Shown here: one piece after another, positions 13,021-25,830 of the stretch | How positions within the stretch are numbered: the first letter of the stretch is position 1 | Layout of the letters: each line of letters begins with the position of its first letter | NCBI GenBank assembly: GCA_023213395.1 | Contig: CM041465.1 | Coordinates: 128,099,741 to 128,163,740, forward strand | Length of the DNA stretch: 64,000 nt | Reading direction: 5' to 3' | Source of the DNA: Cycas panzhihuaensis | Taxonomy: Eukaryota; Plantae; Cycadophyta | Translations under genes and position numbers: made by a program | Notes under the pieces: generated by a model | Told to the model about the DNA's origin: nothing | The model's input: only the letters and a program-made list of their open reading frames with translations | The model's database searches: none

Positions 13021-14967
13021 ACATTAGTTAACCCATTTATTAATACAAATATCAATGACCACTTTATTAATGTATTGTTAATCAACTAACACAATCTCTA
13101 ATTATTCTTCTTATAAAAATCTCTATTTCAATTAGCAAGATGTTAATTTTAAAGGGAGAGAGATTTAATAAACAATTTTAATACAAATAAGATAAATAGA
13201 TGATATGAATGGTTTATGCCCCTAATGACTAGTATAATCCTTCTATTTATTAATATAATATACAAATGTATGAAGAAGGTATAAATCTTATATGATCTTA
13301 TTAATCTCTTGACTTAGTCTTTCATATTGTTTAGCTCCACTAATTAGTATCCAGAATGAAACATAGCCCACTTATCATATGATAATCTACTGAATATTTT
13401 TAAGTTGGGGCAAGCTATTGCTTATTATCATTTTCACTACAAATCACTAAATTTATCCTCCATTTTGATCTAGATTGAAATCAAAAGAAGATATACAGAA
13501 AGAAGGAATACAAGAAAATACTAATGACCAAAATTCAAGAACTAGTGATTAGGAGGCCAACAATGAATGATCAGAGTTCAAGCAACCATCGATGGGCAAA
13601 GGGCAACTAATAAACCACAATTAAAAAGTCAACAACAAGCAAGCAATGACCAAATAAACTAGTTTAAGTGTTGCATATTATAACTAACATTATAACAAAT
13701 AATGGATTAATAAATTGTTCCTTAAATCAATTACTATAACATCATATAAAAGGGAATAGAACAAGAGAGTGATATTATGTAAAGTAGAAAGAAAAAGAGA
13801 CTCTTAAGAAAGGAAATGGACTAGAGAGGAAAGATCCTTACTAGAAAAGAGTAGAGAAGGATGTTGGCTTTAAATTTATCCACTTCAGTGTTATGTTGTA
13901 AGACATGAAGATGCTCAATAATTGACACCTATAACTAACATAATTTCATGTATTAATATAAGTATTTACTTTAGTTGTCAAATTAAATGCTTACGCAAAC
14001 TCCACATTAACCATATTTGTATTGAATTAAACCACCACTACTCAATTCATATTCTTTTATAATGTGAATAGAATTATTAATAATTTACACCCTTAGCCTA
14101 GGAGAGGCATTACTTAATCTTAATTTATCATCAAGGAATTGAATAACTTATTACCTTTGATATATTCTTGATATTCAAATTCCCAAAGGGATCCATACAA
14201 GATATTGTTAATGACTAGGCTTCAACCACCTCTTGCTCATATCATAATTTTGATATTAAGTAGATTCAAATGTTAGAGAAAATTTTAAAGGTATGTTTAG
14301 GTGGTCTAAACTTAAAGCAAGATATATTAAAGATGGACATATGCCATTAAACCTACCTTTTCCAAATGGAAGACTCCAAAGGACTCTAAGGGAAATAAAG
14401 GGGATATAAACTTATGAATTATGCTAGAAAATATATCTATATTTGCTCAATAAATTATACAAGAAATAAAATCTAACTCTTATGTTCAAATTACCCTTGC
14501 ATAGTTATGTGGCCTTTCAACTCCATAATCAGTGCTCTAAAAGTAGTATAAGTAGTCATGTAGGATCCAAATAAACATTATCTTTCTCATATAATTCTAA
14601 CTCTCTTTGTTATATCATTAGCTCTACTAGAACTACTACAAATGATTGAATAATATTTAGCAAAAAACATAGCTACAGAGGTACCTATCTCACAAGTTAG
14701 CATCTGTAGTTATACAACAATATTTTTGTCTTAACTTGACGAGCATAAATATTCTATCGAATTCTCATAAGATGAAATCTCTTCTTTCTTTATTAATAAA
14801 AATGAATGTATTTATATATGGATTTTAATAACTTTCACAACCACATAATATCTAACATACGTAATGATATTAGGTAATAAACTCAACTACTCTTCTTGGT
14901 AGTTAAGTCACTATTCACATGAATGATTATATAGACTTTCCATAACCATGACTACACTTTAAAAACT

Positions 14968-15180
14968 CTAAAGGAAAAGTTCCCTTTACAAAGTTTGAAG
15001 TGAACTTTCCTTTACAAAATCTTAAGTGAAGGTTTCCTCTACAAAACTTTAAGGGAACTTCCCTTTAAAACTTTTGAAGGGAATTCTCCCTTCATAAAGT
15101 TTGATAGAACCTCTATTTAAAAAATATTAAGGGAAGTTCCCTTAAATTGAATGAAGGTAACTCCCTTAAAATTGAAGGAA
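14968..15180. repeat. Array of ~8 imperfect palindromic units (~26 bp; AAGGGAA..TTCCCTTT plus A-rich spacer)
   Basis: Directly visible. Paralogous array at 55527-55740. Confidence 0.85.
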
Positions 15181-15699
15181 AGTAATTTAACATTTATATA
15201 AAATGTCTTTTAAAGATATGTATTCTATAAATATATTTTTAGCATGAAGACTCAGGATTTACATGAGAGTACCTCAAATATGATGACTGAACAAGATGCA
15301 ATAATTACAATGATAAATATAGATAAGGGCTAATGTAGGGCTTATCAATAATAAATATACAAGTTAAAAAAGAATTGATCAACATAGTTTTCAATTAGCG
15401 ACTCAGAAGAATTTAGTCTTTGCAGTAATTTTTAAGAAGTCTAGTTTATCAATCAAACCATATCTCAAGATATGTATATTGGTATGGATCAATAAAGGTA
15501 TATAGGAGATAATTATATAACAATGTAGTATGTCTCACACTTATACCATGCATAAGTAAGACTAGGTTGTAGTAGTATCATGTGTGTATAGCACTATGTT
15601 TGAGAGTGCACAAAGATTAATAGTCAACATAATAATTAATAAGTATATTAGAACTAGGGTTAATGATAGGAGCATTTGATTTAGTGGATGCAATTATAA

Positions 15700-16188
15700 T
15701 GAAGAGAAAATATAACCGAAGAACCAATGTGATAATAGAACTCTAAACCATGCAAAGAACAAGTAACATAAACAAATGAAGCACTCAACAAAGAACAATA
15801 GAAGATTCAGGTCTAAGCATAAACCTTTTATTAATTTGAGTAATAGCTTAAGAATTACAGAGATGAATGAACCCCAACTCTTCTCCTCAACTCATCCATG
15901 ACTATCTCATCATGTTACATGTACCGTTACATAAGAATATATAGGTACAACATTACAAAATATGGCCTTGTTATTTTACAATATAATGGGCATAAACCAT
16001 GGGTTGAAGAAGACCCCCATAAGACACCTAAAAAATTTTCTCTGGGGCTCCCGCCACCGAACCTCTGCCTGGTGGGTCGTCGGTCCCCCAGACACCAAAG
16101 CCGAGGGCCCTACAATAGGGCTCTAGATCCCATAAAGGTGCTCGGGTGTAACACCTATACCCATGTAACACTTGCAAAGTGTTCAACA
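15700..16188. mobile_element. Solo LTR (~489 bp)
   Basis: TG...CA termini, flanked by TATAA/TATAT (4/5 TSD). Interrupts the dispersed repeat, which resumes afterwards. GC-rich core similar in style to the LTRs at 29457 and 34148. Confidence 0.7.
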
Positions 16189-18499
16189 TATATAACAAAA
16201 GGGTTATGCATTTTCTTTGCATGAATAATGCCTCCATCTTTATACAAAGGCTAATTTATTATAAATTACCAAATTCATATTATTCATTAAAGAATAACTC
16301 AATTACTTAGATTTCCTTTCATCTCCTTATTGTTTGTTTAGATTTTCATTTTATATCATTGTGGAACTATAGGTAGAACATGTGAAAACCATTATAATTA
16401 TCCATTATAACTTGAGTTACCATATATGAATATTATTTATAGACTCCATATTAAGAAAATTGCCACTCTATGGAAAAGAATTGTTTGATTTTAGAATGAG
16501 AATATCGATATTATAACACATTCTAGAATTTTTCTGTAGGTCAATTTGACTAAAAATCATCCTTTCAAGCTTTAATTAAATGCTTAAGGATACACTTATA
16601 TTCAAACTGCCCACTTCCTTAATTACATTAATGTCTAGATTACCTATAAGGAAGTGGGAGATTTGATACAAAGTAGTAGCAAGAATCTTATTAACCCATA
16701 ACCAAACTAATGGCACGTTCTTTGGAATGCTTGATCTCAAGCTTATAATTCAACCTAAAGAACAAGATACAAGCTATAGTATTTATACCCTTACTCATCT
16801 TTAGCTAATTAGACTAAGGGTTCATCTAGTTAATTTATGTTCAAAGGATGTCTGGTCTCTTAATTCACCCTTAAGTGAAAAAAAATAAAGATGGAATATA
16901 GTCAAATCAATAATGTAAAATAAGTTCCTAAACTCGACATTATAAAGGTTTTTGAAGGAAAGGAGAATAGCTTAATAAAATATACCAAGGTTATGGAACC
17001 ATTATTTAGGAAAGGAAGACTTTCTATTATATCAGTAGGGTGGATATTTGAAGAAACTTTATCTCATATTCAAAATTAATAGATGATTGTATTATAGTAC
17101 TCTAATCTTAAATACAACCTCTTACTTCTTAGAATCATTGTGGTGGGAAGTATTTCTTTTATATAAATACTCTTAAAAATGTAAAGAATTTATCCAATGT
17201 TTAGAGAAATTATTTTTTCTTATTACACTAATTTGAATCCTTCTTAGTTATAAGTGATGATCTATCCATTACTAAATTATGATGCCATTATTAGATAGAG
17301 AATTTACTAGGCAAATTAAAGATGTATATATAAAGTGTTTCTATCTATTCTTTTATTATATGAGCTTAACTTTTAATATTTTTACTTTAAGAACATTATT
17401 AAATTTTTTTGGGAGATAGATACCTTTAAAGTATATAGAAGAATGGACATGGAGGGTTAGTTCTTCTCTTATAACTTTTCAAAAAGGAGGATTTCTTAGA
17501 CATAAGTGATGATTCTCATAATTGCTTCACTTAGGCCATCTTTAAATGCTATGTCTAATAACTTAATATGTTCCATATTTGTCCACTAACATGGCTTAAG
17601 AGAGATTAACATTATGAGATTAGATAACTAATGAGATCACTTGAGTTGATTAGGTTATAGGGGGGACTTTAATATAATAGAAATATTATGATCTAAAAGG
17701 ATATGTCTAATAACTCAAATACCAAAATTATGATCTTAACAAATGGAGGTTTAAAACCTAGTCATTAGTAGCATCTCACATCATCCCCTTCCAAGTAACA
17801 ACATAAAAAATACATCAAAGATGAAAAGTTAATCAAGCCTTTAATATGAAACCAAGAGCAAATAATACTTATCACATACTTAGGGTGTAAATTATTAATA
17901 ATTTAAATCAAATTATATAAACACTTGAAGTAAGCTATAGTGGTATAACCTAACATAAATCTATCAAATTTGGAAGTTATGCAAGTAAGTGGTTTAATAA
18001 ATAAAATAAATGCTTCTATCAATATGTGAAATTATATTGGATATAGGTGTGGGTTATAAAGCATTATTATATTTCATATCATAAGGATAGATTAGACAAA
18101 TCTAAAGCTAATATGTTTCCCTCATATTTTGAGCTTAAGATCATTCCTATTTTTCTCTACAATCATTTCCCCCTTCTTATTAAGAAAATAATCCTCTCTT
18201 ATTCTTCTCCATTTTATTTGATATTCTAGTAATTAATCAAACTAACAATTTCTTAATTTATTACCTATTATAGTTTTAGTTATAAGGTGTGAATATTCAA
18301 AAAGCTTATTTGTTTATTGGTTGTGGGTTGATTGCTTTAAGTAATTTATTACTAGGTACTTATTATTATCATTCTAATTATGGTCATCAATTTTCCTTTT
18401 TCCTATCACTAGTCACCATACTTATATTCATTAGGCACTCATTGGCCTGAAAATAATTAGTCTTTAAGCTCTAATTGCTAGTCTTTTCTTATAATCTTC

Positions 18500-19200
18500 C
18501 ATTACTTATATCTTCTTCTACTTTTATTCTAAATTAGGTCTTTCTTCTATAAGAATAATGATCCTAATTATTCTAATATGCATTTTTGGATACTCATTTC
18601 ATAATGATAGTTCCTTTTCTTTTATAATATCAACCAAGTTAGGGTAATTGGTCTTTCATACTAAACATAAAGAGTGCTAGTTTTCCTTATCATGCCATCC
18701 TTTCATTTCTCTAAAGGAGATTGTCAACCTTTAGAATTAATGTATCTTTTGGAATGAGTCCTTATAGTAGAGGTAAGACTCCTTCATCTTTTTCTTTATT
18801 CAACATTAAGGGTTTGTATAATTTGAAGCTATTTGCATTGAAACCTAGATGTATCCCTATATAGGGTGGAAAATCAATATTAAAGAAATTTCCCTTTACT
18901 TTCTCTATTATTTTAAAAGGTCCACATAGGATATCTCTTTATGTGCTTCATAGTGAAATTCTCCTTTGGCAAATAAATCCAAACTTGATTACCCACTTGA
19001 AAGTCAAGTTCCTTCTTATGTAAATCATTCTTATTATTATATTTCTATTAATTCTTGAGTATTATGTCATGCATCTAGGATTGAACTTACTTAATGTACT
19101 CTGAATAACATTGTCCATGCTATTGAGTCTATCCAACAGATTTGATAAAGTTTATAGATATTGCTAATTACATTATAGAGTTGGGTTAAAAACTTAAATA
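18500..19200 (-). mobile_element. Ty3/gypsy integrase C-terminal (GPY/F) remnant
   Basis: FQVGNQVWIYL and GPFKIIEKVKGNFFNIDFPPYIGIHLGFNANSFKLY at ~18810-19010. Confidence 0.75.
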
Positions 19201-19515
19201 AATTTTAAAAGAACATTTCTATGTCCAATTATAAACTATTGAATTATATCTTTATTGGATATGAAAAACATATATATCTCATGTTTTTAGTTGATTATTA
19301 TTATATATCTCGATTAGATATACCAACATCTTATTTACTAGTCTTATTTTGTTTGGAATGAGTCTCATCTTTTTAATCTAAAGCAATACCTAGATCCTAT
19401 AAAAAAATAAAATAAATAAAAAATAATAATGGATAAATTAAAGAAAAATAATAACAAACACTAGGATCATAATGACACCCTTAAGGTAACTTAACTTGGA
19501 TTAAGACCATAACAT

Positions 19516-21460
19516 TGTTGCAACAATATGTCGATATAACATATTGAGTGTGTATTTATAATACATAACTTCACTATACATGGACCCATCATAAACTATC
19601 TACATCATAATAAAATTAATTACACAAATACACATTATAACATTACCTCATAAAGCATGAACTAAGCTATTCTAACACTCCCCCATAATGCACATTTAGG
19701 ACATAGATGTTTCTTTGAATTTGTAATGCTTGATCTTCATAAATGTCTTAAAAATAATATCTAAATCTTGGTTTTGAATTTCATATTCAACTTGCCTTTG
19801 TTGAATTAACTCTAAAATGTAGTAATGATGTTTGATCTTGATATGCTTTATTTTTCATTATAAAACTAAGTTCTTCATCATATGTATAATATTTTAATTA
19901 TCATATTAAGTCTTTATAAGTTCATTCTAATTTTGATGTAGATCTTGTAGTATCTCTTTGAGATAAACTATGTCATGAACTTTTGCTTTATCTTTTTTGT
20001 ATTTTAATTTATGTTCATCATTTAGAGTCACTTGAGATCTTATCATTCTCTTATCAAAATTTAGATCAAGAATATCTATAACAGTAGGCTCAATAATAAT
20101 CTATTTATCTTCATCAACTTAGAAATCTTTCTCATTATTTAACTAATCAGAATAATATTTTAAAACTTGTATACTCAAATTTGAATCAATATTTTAAATA
20201 AGAACTTCACTTGAATTGGAATCATCAGTAACATTAATATGTATAAGAAAATTTGATTTATATTCAACTTTAAATATAATTTCCTTTTAAATAGCAAGAA
20301 TATTTGTAGAAATAAATAAAGAAACTTTAACATCTTGAATTACTTAATCGTAGTCATCAATAGATTCTTTATATTGAATAACAACAATAGCTTCATCACA
20401 CTCAACATACTTAGTAGTAGTAGTCTCATAAATGGTTTCATCAATTGTAATAATGTATTCAATCGTAGTCTCTTCACAATCAATAATAAATTTATCAATG
20501 ATGTTTTCAACCATGTTCTTATTTTTTTGACATACATTTTCTTCTTATACTTCTAGTTCCTAGTATACCTTTTCTTTAGGGAATTTTACATTTTCTTTTG
20601 AATTAATTATAGTATTACCTTAAGGCTTTGGTCTTCTAAAATAAATAAATAGGATAAGAGGTTCATTAAACTTTTTTAGATTTATTTTTATCTTTAACAA
20701 TCACAGGATTTTCTTTGAGTGGTTTGACATTTGGAGCATAAATAGATGTCAACATATCCCATACTTCCTTTGAAGTAGTAACATGATATATATAAGTGTA
20801 TATATTCCTTTCCAAAGTAGAAAATGTATTTGAGTGATTCAACATCTTTCTCTAGAAGTTATATCAATTCTTATTCTTGATTAAATTTTAATTCACTTTT
20901 AGGATACATTGGTTTTGGAGCTTATATCCTTTAGTAACTGTATCTCATAATTGTTTAACTTCCAAAATAGGTTTTATTCTTCTTAACCGTGTAAAGTAAT
21001 TTCTCCCATTAAAGTTAGAAGCTACAAGAAGCAAACGAGAAATTTCCATTTTACTAATAGAAATCAATTATAATAGGTTCAAAAATTCATCTATATGTAA
21101 TTATAAATAAGCACATCAATTTATTATACTTAATATATTATCCTATATAAATTCTATTTCTCATTTTTTTTTTATGGTTGTAAATAATACATCAAATTTT
21201 AAGTAAATTTTCTCTGTAAAAGCAAAATCAAATTATATTAAATCATAAACCAAAATGTTCATATTTGAATCAAGATTCCAATGGTTTAGATAATTCAAAA
21301 AATGGTCTCTTAAAACCCAAGATATTAAAGAAATTTAAAAAAATAGACTCTTAAAAATCAAGATACAAATTTGATAAACATTAATTTAAAAAATTAATGA
21401 AACACTTCAAAATCTGATCTAAATCAATTTTCTCCTTAGGAAAATGATGATGGTTATAAT
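19516..21460 (-). mobile_element. Old copia remnant, copy B (LTR 19516-19677, PPT, gag remains)
   Basis: TGTTG...CTAACA followed by CTCCCCC. Homologous to 2518-4012. Right boundary uncertain. Confidence 0.55.
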
Positions 21461-22949
21461 GTGTAGAACTTTAGAAACTAAGCAATGATATATAGCTAAT
21501 GCAGAGTAGAAAATGAATTGGTCAACTAGATAGTAAGCTCCTTGGTGAATAATTGGCTCATGATTATAATATAATCTTGGTGAAAAAAATCATAGTAAAT
21601 AGTGACTAATTTTATATGCAAATAGGTTGGCCGACTAAAATCTCTTCACAATGATCTTCATATAACAACTATAGGTCACCAATATAGAAGGTCAAATAGA
21701 GAGCATAATGGATTGATGACATATGGTAGTTACTAATAGATATAGAGGCATGTATGAAATTGATATATATTTATATAATATTCATGTGAAAAACACTAGG
21801 GGGAAAAAGGAAAAGAAAAAAGATAAATCAATGTGAATCAATAATAGATAGAGCATATCATAAAGACCTGTAACTAAAGTGACTATTTATATATATAACG
21901 ATCTAGACATGACAAATGTAAGATGCATAATCAAGCTAGATAAATGCTTAGTCAAATGTGCTATGATAAACATAAAAAAGATAGGTAATGAAATGTAGTG
22001 TTAGGTATATAATAAGTAGTAGATGTATATCTAATGTGTGAGAGATGAAATTATATTTATTATTCATAGATTTTGGGTACAAAGCCTAAAAATTAACGAA
22101 ACAATTTACCTCTTAGCAATGAAACTCAAGCAATAGAGAGAAAATATTATCAATACCATATTTTATATCTATATATAATATTATTAATATTTTATGTGAA
22201 TATAACATACTGTGAAATAAATCTAAGATATTTTAATTTTATAATTTTGTGAATAAATAATAAAATGATCACCAAAATATTTAGTACTTTGGTGACTATA
22301 TTGACTTATATAAGAGTGATAAAGGTATGAATAACCCTACACCAACACAACATTACCAGTGTGATCTTAAGTAATCTAGGCAAGTATAGAAGGACCACGA
22401 TTTTCTCTTTCTTTTTTTTCCAATAGATATGAATAAATATTATCATAAAAGTAGAAACTGTAATCTAAGACATACATTATAAAGAACAATGTAATGGATA
22501 TGAGAGTATAAAGGAATTAGTTGATAAGGAAAATAATATAATAATATAGTATCTCCATGTCCTAATAAAAGTTAACTTAGGATATGATATTTAAGAAGGT
22601 TGGTTTTAGTATCTCACTCCATCTAGTTATAGCATCTCTTTTTATACTAGAGTCTAATAAATAATAATGTGAAGCTAATGAACTAGCCACCACTGAATCT
22701 ATTAGCCAATATTATATATATGTAAGATTATATAAGTCTATAGTTCAAAGAATGATAATGTGGGACTTATGGAATCGATAAATAAGTTGATAATATATGA
22801 GAGAGTTTTTTAAAATCTTTTCTTCCTAATCAATTTTTATAATATTCTCTTTTTTCATGTTATATAGTTCTATGAGTTAGTAAATGATTGTGTAAGGCTT
22901 AAAGAAAACTAAACTACTACTAAATCTATATATTCTAAGACACCCCTAC

Positions 22950-24048
22950 TTCACCTGTATATAGGTTTCAACTTGAGATTTGGATTTGTATAATACTTAA
23001 TAGGTGCTTATTAGTCTTCTTATAACACCATCTTATAAGAGGAAGATTAAGAGGGAGGGAGCATATGTGCTTCATCATTGAGGACTTACTAGTAATCAGA
23101 GGCACATAATAACCAATAAAATGAGATAAGAGCCATTATGCCTAACTTGTTTGTTTATTTTTTCCAAAGGAAAAGAACATAGACTATAAATGTTTTAAGT
23201 TAAAGATCATTTCTTATTAAAAGTCATACACTCGGACACATAAGAATACATGTCTTTTATAGGAATTTATTTTATTCTTATTGCTTAAGATAATCCCTCG
23301 GCTATAGGTATTCCTTTAGATGAATTGAATAGGCCCATTCCCAAATGAACACTTCTATATAAATCCTTGAACTCTTTAAATCCAAAGCAACCTAATCTAA
23401 TTATTGAGCTTAGCTTAGTTGCTTATAGCCTTAGTAAATTATTAATGATCATGTTATGAAATACTCTTATTATGTCTTATTATAGTATTTAACTATTAAA
23501 GATCCATTTCAAGTGTTGAGTATTATATAACTTTTATTAAGCATATAAGAAATGAAGTGTCTTGTGGCCTATATGCATAATTATCTCTTTCCAAAGTAAG
23601 TAATTCCTTTAATGATTCACTACTTGAACTAAAGCATACCTCTCTTTATCATACGTTGTAATTTGATATTGGTCTTATGAAAGTTTCTTATTAATATTAT
23701 ATTATTTGCACTTACTATATCAAGTCAACTTTTTGTATAACTAATAACGAATTTGACTCTACCCTAAATGGTTGTTACATACTTGGTAATGGTATAACTA
23801 GTGCATTGATAACCTTGTTTAATTATTCAAATTCTTTCTATTATTTAATTCTAAGTTATGTATTGTCTTTTCTTTCAAAATAATATTTGAAGATACTACA
23901 ATGTCAGAGTATTAAAGATTGAATTTCCTAATATAATTTACCAAGGCTATTAAGCTTCTTAATTCTATAATATTTCTTGGCATGTGCCATTCCCTAATGG
24001 GATGTATCTTTATGGGATTCATATACAACCCTTTTTTATCTACCATAA

Positions 24049-24087
<39 letters not shown>

Positions 24088-25830
24088 TCAAATTCATTGT
24101 AAAACTATATTTATTTATGTTGTCTCAAAAATGGTGCTCTTATAGGAGTGTGAGTATAGCTTCAACATGTCACAAATACTTTAACCAGCATTCATTGAAG
24201 ACCAGAATATCACCTAGGTAAGTAATTATAAAATCTTCGATATATGGTCATAGTACTTCATTCATTAGCCTCATGAATGTAGCTAGTGTAGTTGATAGTC
24301 TAGATGTCATTATAAGACACTCAAATAAGCCTGAATTATCTAAAAGACTATCTTCTATAAGTATCTTCTATTTATATAGTAATATGGTGGTATTTGAATT
24401 TTAGGTAAATTTTGTTGAAGTATATTACCCCTTAGAGTTGATCTAGAAAATCCTATATATAAGGTAATAGATACCTATTCTTGATTATTATTTTATTTAA
24501 AGAATAATAATATACACATTCTCTAAGTGCCATCCTTTTTGGTAGCACTTAAATTACCAATAATATACAAGAAGATGTATTGAGTCTAATATAGACTTTT
24601 CTCATTAGATTTTAGATCTATTTCTTGCTTTCTATATTCTTCAATATCTATGTTTTATATAATAAAGTGTTTGGTATAGAAACTCTTGGAAGCAACTTGG
24701 TGTTATGTAAAATAAATATTTTATGAGATAACACTACATGTTCCTTGAAGAATTTCTATATCTTATCAATGCATTATTCAATTCCCCTTACTACTACTAT
24801 ATTTTGATGGTAATGATAAAGGATCCTTTTTTAACCTTCTTATCTTCTCTATTAACTTTATTACTAATAAAACTTTTATTGCATTTACAACGAGTGTTGG
24901 CTCATTTTATAGATATAAGTGACATTTATATAGGTATTTTAAACCATTGATTGAGTATGATTTACCATTTTTAATAAGCCTATACTAGTTCAATCTCCTT
25001 TAATAAATGCATTGCTATCCTAAAGGTATAGATTTCCATATATAGCTAACAAATATCCAATGGAATCATAATATAATTTATTTCATTAATATATAAGGAT
25101 GAGATGGTAAACTTAAATGGTTCTCACACATAAGGATATAAAATGAAAATCTAAAGAAATAGAAAGGAAGCCAAATGAAATCCAAGAAATATAGTTATTC
25201 TTTAATGACGAATGTGAATTTTGTAGTTGATAATTGATTAACCTTTACACAAAGAAAGAGGCATTATTTATACAACGAGAGGGCACAATCCTTCATATTT
25301 ACCTCCACTAAATCCCACGCCATATCATTAACCATAATGCTAATGTACTTATTAATCATTATATAGACTATTAATTTTTGTGATGTCTTAAACATAGTGT
25401 TATACATATATAATGCTACTACAACTAACCTTAACCTGACTAGTCTCATTTATTTACTTTATAGGTGTGAGACATATTGTATTCCCTTCACCTTTAAGAG
25501 ATGGTCATCATCAATCATTAATAGAAAGGTAGAATATACATATTACTACTAGGATATGCAAGGTTGATGCTTCATCCTTGTGCCAAAATATGGAAATTAT
25601 TGTTATACCTATTGATAGAGGAGATTGATACCGCTTGTTCACTAGTGAGTTTCTTTCCTTAAGAATTTTACTTTGATATTATATTCACATACTTTAGCTC
25701 TTCCAAATAAGATAGGCTCATAACAGAGAAGGGTCTATAATATCATGAAAGATTTTATCCTAATTCTCATATTGATCTTGAAGAGGACCTTTATTTGATG
25801 TTGGTAGTAACATATAATGGTAGTTGTAAA
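22950..25830 (-). mobile_element. Decayed Ty3/gypsy pol (RT/RNase H) remnant
   Basis: TLATFMRLMNEVL*PYIEDFIITYLGDILVF at ~24195-24320 (gypsy RT, YLDD motif degenerate). Confidence 0.75.
24052..24085. repeat. (AT)17 microsatellite
   Basis: Directly visible. Confidence 0.95.

Larger units (their letters stand above)
2262..15699 (+). repeat. Segmental duplication, copy A
   Basis: Colinear similarity to copy B: 2262-4012~19262-20990; 4976-7532~24508-26765; 7533-13679~39734-46099; 13680-15699~54242-56280. Roughly 80-85% identity by eye. Confidence 0.93.

Noticed and set aside
14968-15180. CRISPR-like spaced palindromes
   Set aside because: Eukaryotic context, degenerate units, short A-rich non-unique spacers, no cas genes.
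16400-16780. Possible plus-strand gypsy integrase trace (HNQTNG resembling HPQTDG)
   Set aside because: A single weak motif, too degenerate to call.
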